Source: Chiloscyllium plagiosum (Eukaryota). From it: a DNA stretch of 64,000 bases. The notes beneath the pieces were generated by a model that was not told where the DNA came from, did no database searches, and worked only from the letters and a program-made list of their open reading frames with translations. The position numbers and the translations under genes were made by a program. Positions 51,822 through 63,489 of the stretch are shown here, in pieces (positions within the stretch are counted from its first letter, which is position 1; each line of letters opens with the position of its first letter). The DNA lies in NCBI RefSeq assembly GCF_004010195.1, contig NC_057711.1, positions 72,003,081 through 72,067,080 on the forward strand, written 5' to 3'.

Positions 51822-53880
51822 GCATTTATATGGCTGGTCCAACGTAGCTTCTGGTCAGTGGTAATCCCCTGGATTTTGATTGATGCTATCAGATAAAGTT
51901 CTATGCCTATGTCAGGACAATATGTTTTGAAATGTTATTCATTTGTCAATGCATATCTGCAACATATCCAAATTCAAGTTTTCATCATTCGACGGATGGA
52001 CAAAATCACATGAACACAATACATTTGCCTCAGTAAACATATTCCTTGCTTATAAAAATCAAACACTTACTATTGGATATTTGGCAACCACTACCACATG
52101 TTCATACAATTTTTCTCAGTGTTTTACTGCTTATTAAGACTCATCTGTCTACTTATTGCTCATCATTTGGTTCAGTAGTAATTAGGCAAGCCTCTTATTT
52201 TACTAATAAAACCCCTTTTTGGAAAAACACTTATCTTGTCAGGCATGTCACACCCACACATAGGCAAAGGGAATTGTCATAAAATAGTGGTAATCTGTTG
52301 GTGAGTTTCAAGAAGACAAAAATTGCTACCTTTCTCATGAACTGATTTTCGACTGGTTTTATCCTCAGCCACTTGTTTATGCAAATCATATTTGTCAGGT
52401 ATGCAGGAGCATGATTTTTAAAAAGAGTTTTCCTTTTGATATTGAAAATAAATATCTTTGAATGAAAAGGATAAAATAAACAGCGAGGATGTGATTTAAA
52501 AGTACACTTGGTTCCTGGGATGAAGACAAGAAGCGCATGACATCTTATCCAAACAATTTACAAATGTCATTTTATGGCTTTGCATTGTGAGGCATAACAT
52601 TATACAGGATCAACATAATCTGTTGCACTTTTGTACTTGCAATCAAATCAGCCTAAAGGCCATGCTAACGTTGTTTATTATCAGCACAAGTACTCCAGCT
52701 TATATTAATATAACATGTTATGATTAATGTTTGTCTTTAAGCATAACGAATGCATTGTTATTATTACCAACTTAAGCAAACAGAATTTTGCTGGCAATAC
52801 CGTAGATTTAATTGGCTTATTCATGATGACCAAGCAGTCTTTTAAATATTTTTTACAGTGTCACTATGAAACTGTGTCTCTTGTGTAGGAAAATGCAATG
52901 ATCTTCTGTACCAGATCACTAACTAGCTCACTAACTGAGCTAGTTAGTGATTAGTCCTTTGTGCAAAATTTGAGGTTACATGAATTTGATTATGAAAGCT
53001 TCCTTGTACTGTGCCACAGTAGGAAGGTCAACAATGTACTCTTGAATCACCATGAAATTAATTCTGCTGCTTTTCTTATAGGTCAAATCATCCTAACATT
53101 TGTGCGCATATACCTTTGCGTAAATCATCCAGATTGCAAGTACAGCATCTTTTAGATTTTAAGCCCATTCATGTTAAAAGTCATCTCCATAAAATGGCCA
53201 TTGCTCAGAATGATATATAAACTCCTAGATGATTCGATAAACAAGCAATGACGATGAGGAAGAACGCTAAATGTTATTTTCCAGTGCGGTGGTGTTTGTG
53301 GGTCCAGTGGTGGGAGATAGTGGAAAAGTTACAATTGGTCTTGGTAATCTTGGGCTCAATTTAAACAGCATATCAAAATATCCAGGCTATTGTGTAAATA
53401 CAAATATGTTTCAATGAGATACTAGAAATGTACACCACTTTGAAACTGTCCCCCAGATGGTAAATCATTGCTTTCAAAATTGGAAAAAATAGAGAGAGAA
53501 AAATGAGAAAAAGGACCAGATTTGTGTCTGTATGATCTTGCCTTACAAATCAAGAGTAGAAGCAAGATTGTGTTATGTGTCAGATTGTAGATACAATCCG
53601 TTGATAGTCTTCTCTGTTCAAGTGATTCCCAGTAGAAGGCAAAACAAAATTAAATTCTGGAAAATTTGGAAGCATTTCTACATTGCTTATGCATCATCTT
53701 AAGTGTTTTACTCAATTCCTGTTTATGATAACCAAAAAAATCCAAACACAAAAGGACTATTTTACATAAATTACACAACCACGCTCTTAAACATTGATTG
53801 TTACATGATTCAAAAAGACAATTTTTTGAAAACCTGTATTCATTTAGAGATCCTTGGCAAGGTTTGCCTTTAATGCCCAT

Positions 53881-54648
53881 GGGTGGTACAGTGGCACAGT
53901 GGTTAGCCATGCTGCCTTCACAGCGCTGGGTTCAATTCCATAAGACCATAAGACTTAGGAGTGGAAGTAAGGCCATTTGGCCCATTGAGTCCACTCCGCC
54001 ATTTAATCATGGCTGATGGGCATTTTAACTCCACTTACCCGCTCTCTCCCCGTAGCCCTTAATTCCTTACGAGATCAAGGATTTATCGATCTCTGCCTTG
54101 AAGACATTTAACGTCCTGGACTCCACTGAGTTCCATGGCAATGAATTCCACAGGTCCACCATTCTCTGGTTGAAGAAGTGTCTCCATGGATCCTAGTCTC
54201 CCTGCCTAACGGAAACAACTGCCCAGTGTCCACCCTTTCTAAGCCATGCATTATCTTGTAAGTTTCTATTAGATCTCCCCTCAACCTTATAAACTCTAAT
54301 GAATACAATCCCAGGATCCTCAGCCGTTCATCATATGTTAGGCTTACCATTCGAGGGAAATTCCAGTCTTGGGTGACTGTGTGGAGTTTGCATGTTCTTT
54401 CTATGTCTACGTGGCTTTCCTTTGGGTGCTCCAATTCTCACGTCCAAAAATGTGTAGGTTAGGTGGGATTGGCCATGTTAAATTGCCCATAGTGCACAGG
54501 GATGTACAGGCTAGGTGGATTAGCCATGGAAAATGTGAGGTTACAGGGATATGGTGGAGGGCTGGGTCTGAGTTAGATGTTCTTCAGAGTGTTGGTGCAG
54601 ACTTGATTGGCCAAATGGCCTCTTTCTGCACTGTAGGGATTCTATGAT
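53881..54648 (+). mobile_element. HE1-like SINE split by a CR1 fragment
   Basis: Head at 53881-53940 (A box, gggttcaattcc); body and tail at 54359-54648. Confidence 0.88.
53941..54358 (-). mobile_element. CR1 3' fragment with internal rearrangement
   Basis: ORF 54108-54434 (-) LTYDERLRILGLYSLEFIRLRGDLIETYKI; tail taagaccataagac; aattcca at 53934-53940 and 54359-54365. Confidence 0.88.
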
Positions 54649-54649
54649 G

Positions 54650-55845
54650 TATTTCACAAACTGTTTGTACATTATGCCCCTGTGAATATGGTCTACTTTA
54701 GACCTCCTGATAAAGCAGAAGATGGCATGGGTGGTCTCCATAGGGCAGAAGTTAATAATGGGCCAGACCTGCACCATGTATTGCAATATTGAAAGTGCCT
54801 TGCACCTGATAACCAAGAGCAGAGTGGGAACCCTGACCCTTTTGAAACATTTTCTCAGCACCACCAAGTAATCTGACCAGACAGCAAAGGGGCAAAGGAT
54901 TGTGGGTTTCAGTGCCCAATGCACATGGCCTTGTTCTTTACCTTGATACCCGAGGTCCATTTGAACTGGTCTCAAATGCACTGACAATGGAAGAGCAGAA
55001 AATTGAGCCATGTAGAGACGTTTGACCTGAGTCCCTCCATAATTTGAAATAGTTACCCCTTTTAAGTCAAAATTCTTCCTAAGGGACCTGACAAAGACAG
55101 TGCATGTACAGGATGGAGGAGAGAGGGCTGACTTGCCTGACTCCAGATTTGATTGGATATTCCCCATCCACTAGTTGAAATTGCACTACTGTGTCAAGTA
55201 GTTGGATCTAATTCTGATTCCCATCCCAGGCACCATCCATTCCAAAATTCTGTCAAAGGCTTTCACCTTCCACATGCTCAGGAGGCAGGTGTCCATTCCA
55301 CAGTCTGCACATGGACGATCAGAATTGTTGGAGAGTCTCAGAGATGTTCCTACCGAGTACAGTGCACATTCAATCAGGGAAAATCAACACCTTGACCTAA
55401 TTGGCAATGACATTGCATTGAATGTTGGAGTCCATGTTCAGTCAGTGATAAGCCATCAATTTCTAATTTTCTCCTTTTCCCCTTCTTGTAAACCAGGCTG
55501 ATGATGATTTCCCTTGTGGATTCTGACATAGTCCTGGCCGGAGTAGACTTGAGTCTGTTAGTGGTACACCTCCAGCACATCTGGGCCAATCCAGTCCCAT
55601 TGAGTTGAATGCACCCTACTCAGTAAGATGTCACTACTGACATCTTTATTTTCCTCTGTGAACCATAGGACTTCAGTCAGCTCATTCAGAACTATCAGTT
55701 TATCCAGACTACCATGCATACTGTCACCTAAGATCTCCATGATCGTGGCAGAGCAACTGGAAGGATGAGCTGTTTGTAGGCTTTCTGCTATAAGGTCTGA
55801 CATTGAAGCATTTCCTGGTCTCCACAATGTTAATAGTTTGCCTTC
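54650..55845 (-). mobile_element. L1-Tx1 clade LINE, decayed RT region
   Basis: LVIRCKALSILQYMVQVWP...AIFCFIRRSKVDHIHR; MSESTREIIISLVYK; KAFDRI at ~55245-55262 (-). Confidence 0.75.
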
Positions 55846-55917
55846 TTATTTTATGCTGCTCCTCACAGAGCTCTCTATCTCTCTGTCTACCTTACAGTCA
55901 ACGTCATAGAAATACAC

Positions 55918-56130
55918 TAGGAGAAAGTGAGGTCTGCAGATGCTAGAGATCAGAGACAAGAGCATGTTGCTGGAAAAGCACAGCAGGTCAGGCAGCATCC
56001 GAGGAGCAGGAGAATCAACATTTCTGGCCGTAGGCCATTCATTCCTGATGAAGGGCTCCTGCCCGAAACGTCGATTCTCCAGCTCCTCGGATGCTGCATG
56101 ACCTGCTGTGCTTTTCCAGCAACACACTCT
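55918..56130 (-). mobile_element. Penelope-derived hairpin element, copy 4
   Basis: Inverted arms; perfect 16-bp TSD cgtcatagaaatacac at 55902-55917 and 56131-56146. Confidence 0.92.
56041..56076 (+). ncRNA. Minimal type I hammerhead ribozyme motif
   Basis: attc-CTGATGA-a-gggc(tcct)gccc-GAAA-c-GTC-gatt; core boxes intact, palindromic ACGT in the stem III region. Confidence 0.78.
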
Positions 56131-56700
56131 CGTCATAGAAATACACCATAGAAACAGGCTCTACAGCCCACCATACCTATGCTGGCCAACAAGCACCAAG
56201 CTACACTAGCCTACTAAACTCTGGCATTTTAAGTGCTCATCCAGATGCTTCTGAAATGGTGTGAGAGTATATGCCTCCACCACGCATTCAGGCAACACAT
56301 TCCACAGTTCCAACACCCTTTGGGTGAATTTATTTCTCCTCAGAACCCTTCTGAACCACTTATTCCTCACGTTATGCCCTCTGGTCTTAGACACATCTGC
56401 ACTGGGGAAAAGATTCTCACAATCAACTCTGTATATGCCTCTCATAATTTTGTATACCTCAGTCAAATTCCTCCCTCAACCTCCTCTGCTCCAAGGAAAA
56501 CAAACGCAGCCTATCCAGTCTCTCCTCATAACTGGGAATTTTCATCTCAGGCTACGTCCTGGTAAATCCCCTCTGCACCCTCTCTAGTGCAATCATATCC
56601 TTCTGATAGTGTGGGGACCACAGCTGCACACAGTATTCCAGCTGTGGCCTAACTAATGTTTTATAAAGTTATAAAAGAACTTCCTTGCTCCTTTATCCTA

Positions 56701-56960
56701 CAGACCATACACAACCTCATCACCTCAAGGGATTTCCCACCCACAGCTTCCAATCTCACAGTTTGGGAACCCCACACCGCCCGATTCTACCTCCTAACCA
56801 AGATCCACAAGCCTGACTACCCCAGCCGACCCATCATATCAGCCTTCCCCTGCACCACCAAATACATCTCCACCTGCCTCAATACTATCCTATCCCCCGG
56901 TCCAGGAACTCCCCACATACGTTCGGGACACCACCCACGCCATCCACCTCCTCCAAGATT
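56701..56960 (+). mobile_element. Penelope-like RT fragment
   Basis: EPHTARFYLLTKIHKPDYPSRPIISA matches the PLE 'FY.LPKIHK...RPI.S' motif. Confidence 0.88.
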
Positions 56961-57029
56961 TATGGTCACTATCCCTAAAATGTTCACCCATTGACACTGT
57001 AACAACTTGACTAGCTTAATTCTCCAGTA

Positions 57030-57870
57030 GGTAGGTCCAGAACTGTCCCATCTTTAGTGGGACTATCTCTGCACTGGCACAAAACTCCCCATTAAACAGA
57101 TACAACTATAGTCTGGAATGCTAAGCTGCCAGTCCTGTCCTTCCTTCTACCATGTCTCTGTAATTGCAAAGATATCATATTCCCAGATGCTGATCAATGC
57201 TCTAATTTCATCAGTCAGGTTCTTTGCATTAAAATAAATATAGTTTAGCTTTCTGGTCCTCTCATGTGCTTTATCATGCCCATATTCTCCACCCACTGGA
57301 CTGTCCCAGTATTTCTTCGATATTTGATTGAAACCTCCTCCTGACTTTACATCTACTCTGTGTCCCATCTCCCTGCTAACATAGTTTAAAACCTCCTCAA
57401 CAGCATAAGCAAACCTCCCAGCAAGGATATTGAACCAACTCCAGTTTGAGTGCGACCCACCCACTTGTACAGGTCCCAACTACCCCAGAAACTGTCCCAG
57501 TGATCCACAGATCTAAAGACCTCCCTCCTACACTGTCTCTTTAGCCTCATGTTCATCTGACCTATCTTTCTATTCTTAACATGTGGAATAAAAGTGATCT
57601 GGAGATTTCAACCTACATAACCCTCATCCTTAACCTTCTTTCTAACTCTTTAAATTCCTGTTGTAGGACTTCACTTCTTTCTCTACCCATGTTGTTGGTA
57701 CTGACGTGGACCACTGCTGCTGGCTATTCACCTTCCCTCTTCAGAATCTCTTGCAGTTCTTCTGAGGCATCCCTGACCCTGGGACCAAGGAGGCAACATA
57801 CCACTTATGAGTCTCATTTGTGGTCACAGAATTGCCTGTCAGTTGCCCTTACAATCGAGTCTCCTATCTT
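57030..57870 (-). mobile_element. CR1 5' part (ORF1 esterase to APE start)
   Basis: KLNYIYFNAKNL...YDIFAITETW; VVHVSTNN at ~57690-57713 (-). Confidence 0.8.
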
Positions 57871-57871
57871 T

Positions 57872-58270
57872 AAAGCTCTCCTTTCTGGAAGAAGAAACAA
57901 TAGACCATCTCGTCCTGCTCCACGGAGCAGACTGTGGACTGGAAGCTGATCTTACAGACCTCTGAGGAAAATACTATATATCGCTTGGAGAAATCTTCCT
58001 TGACATCGATCCCCAGTGACTGCAGGCAGAGCAGATACTGCCTAATTTTCTGGAGTTGGCACATTTCTTTCTGGTTTTCTCTCACCCTCTGAACATTAGG
58101 AAGGTGAAGAACCTTTTGATGTTGGCCTTGATTGTTTCTCCAGAGTCCTGGAGACACAAAGAGAGGATTCACATTTCTCCAATCCCTGAAATCCTTTCTG
58201 AGTTGCTCAATGTTTCCGGTGGTCATCAAACTAATGTTTAAGTTACAAGTAAGCCATGCCACCGGTCTGG
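57872..58270 (-). mobile_element. L1-Tx1 LINE, linker upstream of RT (probably the same copy as 54650-55845)
   Basis: ORF 57870-58292 (-) LLCLQSLGIDVKED...CKISFQSTVCSVEQDEMVYCFFFQK; same strand and in the expected order. Confidence 0.65.
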
Positions 58271-58285
58271 CTTGCTGTAGATCAG

Positions 58286-58468
58286 GCAGCATCTGAGGAG
58301 CAGGAAAATCGACATTTCAGGCCGGAGCCCTTCATCATTCATTCCTGATGAAGTGCTCCGGTCCGAAATGTCAATATTCCTGCTCCTCAGATGCTGCCTG
58401 ACCTGCTGTGCTTTTCCATCAACACACTCTCAACTCTGATCTCCAGCATGTGCAGTCCTCACTGTCTC
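58286..58468 (+). mobile_element. Penelope-derived hairpin element, copy 5
   Basis: Inverted arms; 15-bp TSD cttgctgtag[a/g]tcag at 58271-58285 and 58469-58483. Confidence 0.9.
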
Positions 58469-58611
58469 CTTGCTGTAGGTCAGTCATTTGAAAAGAACAT
58501 CAGCGGCTTCATCCTTTTCTTACATGCATATCCATGTACTTCAGGCAAGTCTTCTCTGCAGCCTCTCCAGATTCTTTGTGTCTTTTTATAAGGTGCAGAT
58601 CAGAACTGCAG

Positions 58612-58688
58612 GCTGGACTGATACATCAGTTGGGCCGAAGGGCCTGTTTCCACACTGTAATGTAATCTAATCTAAATCTAATCTAAAT
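58612..58688 (+). mobile_element. SINE/LINE 3' tail fragment
   Basis: ttgggccgaagggcctgtttccacactgtaa followed by (aatct)n. Confidence 0.75.
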
Positions 58689-58982
58689 CAGCCGAGGCAG
58701 CGTGGTAAGTCCTAATTAGCAGGAGGTTTCCTTGCTCATGTATGATGTAATGCCTTGATTTAATGGGGGTGACAGTCAATGCAAAAGAGCCCCAGTTGTA
58801 CTCCTTCCTGACTGTATTTCACTGTGTTGACACCGCTAGTGGGCCATCCTACTAGGTGGGATAGGATAAACAGAGGGATGATGATGGAGAATAAAAACAA
58901 AACTAGCTGGGTACACTCACCTGGGACTGGTGTCTCTGTGGAGAGAGAGAAGCAGAATGAAGATTTCCAGTCCATTCAGATG

Positions 58983-59313
58983 GTGGTGATGGCTTAGTGG
59001 TATTATCACTGAACTGTTAACCCAGGGACCCAGGTAATGTTCTAGGGATCTGGCTTCAAATCCAGCCATAGCAAATATCTGGAATTACGAGTGTAACAAT
59101 GACGGTGAATTCATTGCCAATTGTTTGAAAACCCCATTCTGGTTTACTAATGTGCTTTAGGGCAGAAAGCTGTCATCTTTACCTGGTCTAGCCTACATGT
59201 GACTCCGGACCCACAACAATGTGGTTGACTCTTAACTGCCTTCAGGTCAATTAGGGTTGGGCAATAAATGCTGCCCTACCCAACAATGCCCTCATCCTGT
59301 AAGTGAATTTGAA
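58983..59313 (+). mobile_element. Second tRNA-derived SINE family
   Basis: tggcttagtgg A box, ggcttcaaatcc B box; homologous to 47038-47372. Confidence 0.8.
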
Positions 59314-59593
59314 AAGTCTCTTTTCAGAGGATTTTGTGTAATTTCAAGCATCTCTGGCATCTCAAGTCTCATAAGGTAATGGTAGATTCTGGGATGTTGT
59401 TTGGTATGAATGTGTTCGTGAGTATGACAATTTCAGATTGTACTTGTGTAATCTGTGGTACACCTTCCCAATTTTAGTACAAATTCCCATGAAGAGAACT
59501 TTTGTAGGCTCAACTGATTGTTGTTGGGTCCAAATCTGATGCCTAGGACAATTTTAATTATTAAGTTAAATCCTTTACTTTCCATATGATAGC

Positions 59594-59745
59594 TGAAAAT
59601 GTGCTGCTGGAAAAGAAATTCCTGAAGAAGGGCTCATGCCCAAAACATCGATTCTCCTGCTCCTTGGATGCTGCCTGACCTGCTGCGCTTTTCCAGCAAC
59701 ACATTTGCAGCTCTGATCTCCAGCATCTGCAGTCCTCACTTTCTC
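59594..59745 (+). mobile_element. Penelope-derived hairpin element, copy 6 (very short left arm)
   Basis: Left arm 59591-59615 is the inverse of ~59688-59712; perfect 16-bp TSD ctttccatatgatagc at 59578-59593 and 59746-59761. Confidence 0.9.
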
Positions 59746-61975
59746 CTTTCCATATGATAGCCTAGATAACAAATTTTCTGGTAAACACAGCATCAGAGCA
59801 ATTAAATGTGTTGATTTGGGAGTTGCTCAAAAGAACACAAAGAATGGGGGAGCTTTTAGTATTTGCTATTCATATATAAGAAGCTTTTCTTTAAAATTAA
59901 AAAACAACTTTAACCTTCGGATATTCTCCTTCCATTATCACATAAACACCAAATTCCGTGCTTGACAAATGATATGAAGTAACCATCTTTGTGTTTACTC
60001 GGCTAACCAAGCCTATTCATGTTGCATGTTGACATTGAGACCACACATGAAATGGTGACTCCCTTCACCCGCTCCACCACTACCACCATGTATGCTCTGG
60101 AAAGACAGACAGCAACTCAGAGAAGTCTGAGCCATTATCTCTACTTTAAAAAGTAACTGATACCTGATAATACAATGACCTAAAAATGTACAATCACATG
60201 CAATAAATAGAATTCCTTTCTTTTGAACAGCAGACAAAATATGTGATTATCACTGAAGCTTTGTAAAGTTAATTATGCTTGGCTGCAAGGCTGCTACAGA
60301 AAAACCTGTTTCATCCTTGACCAAATTATCTCTACAGCATTTGAAACCTCAAGTTTTGCCAGGAGACTTGGTCCCGCGGGCCACCAATTATCTGCTATCA
60401 GCTCGCAGATCTGTGAACTGTAGTTGATTTTTTTTCATTTAAGAGCAATGATGCTATCATTTGCTTGGAGCTGTCCGGCATTTTTAAATGTTTCTCAGCA
60501 GGCAAGTGATATCTTGTTGTTGACATGGTGAAACGAAAGAAGGAAAGGTACCTGGGTTACGCAGAGTTCAGCTCTTACAATATGTTTCCTTCTGATTTGA
60601 AATAGATTTTGATTGTAATTCTGTTCTTTTAAGAAGAAACAGTTATCCTGTTGCAAAGTGTTATTATAATATAGCAGTTGTTGTCTGGAGTTAATACATT
60701 AACTACTGGCTGCGCATGCCTAATTAGTAATCCAGATGTGGATAACTGCACTTCTGATGAGTAAATAAAAATGAGTAATAGACATTGCCCTTGGACATGT
60801 GACCTTAATATTTATACTCATATGGTGAATACGTTTATACTTTAGCTATTTTCTATGTTTACTGGTAAAATTGGAGAAGGGGAAGTGTGTGTTCTTTGAT
60901 CATGTAATGCTTTCTATCCTTCTTTTATGAATGACCGTAGTAAAAAATACACTTATACAGTGCAAATATGTTAATGTTTATTGCACGAAAATGTGTGCAT
61001 GTGACAAAAATAGTTCTTAATCAGAGATTTGACAACATTGATCTTGAATTATATCTTGCTAGGTATTACAGAAGTGTCCAATTTACAGTGTGATATGTTT
61101 GAGGAACTTGTATTTTTTTCAGAGTAATATGACTTCCATGCTGTAATGGTGGACAATATTCCTCTTAACTGAATAGTGTTCAGATTTAGCTTTACACCGT
61201 TTGATAATTTTTTGAACACTGAGAAGGTTTAGAAGAGGACAATGAATCAGTAGTCAATGTGAATAAAACTGTGAATAAAGACACCAGCTGTTGATCGCCT
61301 ATTTTATACTATCGTGCAAAGTCAAAATTGGGTCCTTATCTTTGGATTTAAATATTTTTCTTTCATATATTAAAAGCAACTGTCACATATATCGTTTACC
61401 TCTACTGCAACAGTCCCTGTATTTCAAAATGATTCACTGTATGTGAAGTACTGTATAACATTTCTAAGCCAAGTGTCATAAAAATGCAAGTTTGTTCTTA
61501 CTTTCTACTCAGCCAAAAGCATGTTAATAAGAACAAGGATAGGACATATTTGGACTACAATAACCATCTATGTTTGTGGGAAATGGCTATTGTGAAATAT
61601 TTTTATTAAATACATTATTGCAGATGAGACTACATTTAAAGGCTTAGTGTCACAGCTGTTCAGTTGTAAGAAGGTAGGGAAATTGCATAATTAGGTTGTG
61701 CAGAAGACAATTTGTGTTTAGGCATGTTCTAAATTCCTGTTTTTCCAAAGAGCACAAAGAACTGACACACATGAAAAGATCCTAGTACATTTGCCCTGGC
61801 ATCAAGGAAAACAAGTTTCTGTTTGAAGCTATTAATAAGCAATTGAAAATTGCTTGTATCTTTTTCATGAAACCTAATGCTTGGTTCATTTCTGCTTAAA
61901 CTGAGAAAAACTTTAGGTGTTACTGTTCAACTATACTGTTTTCCCATTGACCCAGCTATGAACTGATGTTTTGAA

Positions 61976-62295
61976 TAGATTAGATTCCCTACATATAGAA
62001 ACAGGCCCTTCGGCCCAACAAGTCCACATCAATCCTCCGAAGAGCAATCCACCCAGACCCATTCCCCTACCCTATATTTTACCCGACTAATGCACCTAAC
62101 ACTATGGATAATTTAGCATGGCCAGTTCACCCGACCTGCACATCTTTGGATTGTGGGAGGAAACTGGAGCACCCGGAGGAAACCCGCACAGACACTGGGA
62201 GAATATGCAAACTCTGCACAGACAGTCGCCCGAGGCGGAAATTGAATCTGGGTCCCTGGCGCTATGAGGCAGCAATGCTAACCACTGAGCCACCA
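61976..62295 (-). mobile_element. tRNA-derived SINE (HE1-like)
   Basis: A/B boxes on the minus strand, conserved central block, tagattagatt tail. Confidence 0.9.
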
Positions 62296-63253
62296 TTTTC
62301 TTTTTGCAATTTATTGTTCTCTGCTGTAATACTCTTGATTATGCTCTTGTTATGCATTATCAATGTAGAACTTTCATACTGAAAATATAGATCTAAAGTC
62401 AACCAGAAAATTGTGATAGGTCAACTGAAAGTGCATTTCAACAGTTACCTGGAACTGGTTACACCTGAACTTATCTGATATAGTTTAACAACCATTAAGG
62501 AATTCTCAGATAGATCAAAGAACCATTCCTGCACTCAGTTTATTCTGTTGGTATCATTCTATTTCAGAGAAATGAGGTGGTTTTAAAAGAGTGATGCTCA
62601 CAGGAACTGTGGGATTGCCTACTGAAATCACATTGTCTAGTTCAACAATCAAGGTCACAGTTTTCATATACTGTACTTAATACACTGCAGTTTTTAATCA
62701 GGATGCATACAAAATCTCATTCCAAGAGACTGAGTAGTGAGAATGACATTCAATGAATTAGCCTTCCTAGCTGGCAACATAAGACTGCAACATTTATCAG
62801 TTATATTCTTGGGAAAGGGTTTATAGTAGCATTCCTCCTCACAGTAATAAAAGCTGTTAGCTTGGATTATTTATGAAAGGTTAGTGATAAGTGCCATGAG
62901 GACAGAATATGCTATCAGGAAATGTTTCTTTGTAAAGATAAGAAATGGGTCACATGTAAGGCCATAGAATGAGAGAAAGCATTTATTTAAGGTTACTAGA
63001 CATGAGAAAAGCAAACAAAATACAACAGTTGTGTGTGTGGTACTGGAAGAGGTTCTGTTGGAGAACAGATATTATTGGAGCTGTTACTGTGTTCTGGTTG
63101 GCAAAAACAAAGCATAAACTCAATGTTAATGGAAACTATTCTGAGCCTCATTATAGCCCTGTGGTTTTAATCCACCAAGTGCTTGTGAAGAACTGAGTTT
63201 AATCTAGCTTGAAGTGGTTTATGTCAGTTATATTTTAATTAATAAAAGGTCAC

Positions 63254-63489
63254 TATACTGGTTGTATTGCGGTCAGTCAGATGGGCCTCATAGAATATAA
63301 GTTCCCTGATTGGGACTGTTAACCTGATCCAATCAGGGAGCCCTGGCTGACAGATAAGAACAGGAGTGTCAGAGATTCTGTTCACTCCGAGAGCTAGCTC
63401 TGAGGGAGCTGGATCAGTTTCAAGGACTCTCCATGTGTAAATAAAGGGTGACTTGGTGATGGGATATCAGCGTCTGTGGAGTTAGTTCA
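63254..63489 (+). mobile_element. Putative solo LTR
   Basis: ~236 bp ending ..ttca; internal ccctgattgg/ccaatcaggg inverted pair; aataaa ~45 bp from the end; flanked by gtcac/gtcat; 5' end reads ta rather than tg. Confidence 0.6.

Larger units (their letters stand above)
55896..56700 (-). mobile_element. CR1 3' fragment whose tail is interrupted by hairpin copy 4
   Basis: ORF 56206-56466 (-) EVYKIMRG...KTRGH...FTQRVLELWNVLP. Confidence 0.88.

Noticed and set aside
50805..51896. 294-363-aa ORFs
   Set aside because: Artefacts of translating through the N gap in a CR1
35851..59761. Hairpins as classic DNA-transposon MITEs, CRISPR repeats or rho-independent terminators
   Set aside because: The arms are asymmetric and variably truncated, match a PLE terminus and are dispersed; there is no spacer array, and the sequence is eukaryotic
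60524..60604. Small ORF MVKRKKERYLG... as a host exon
   Set aside because: Only 26 codons, no recognisable homology, weak splice context
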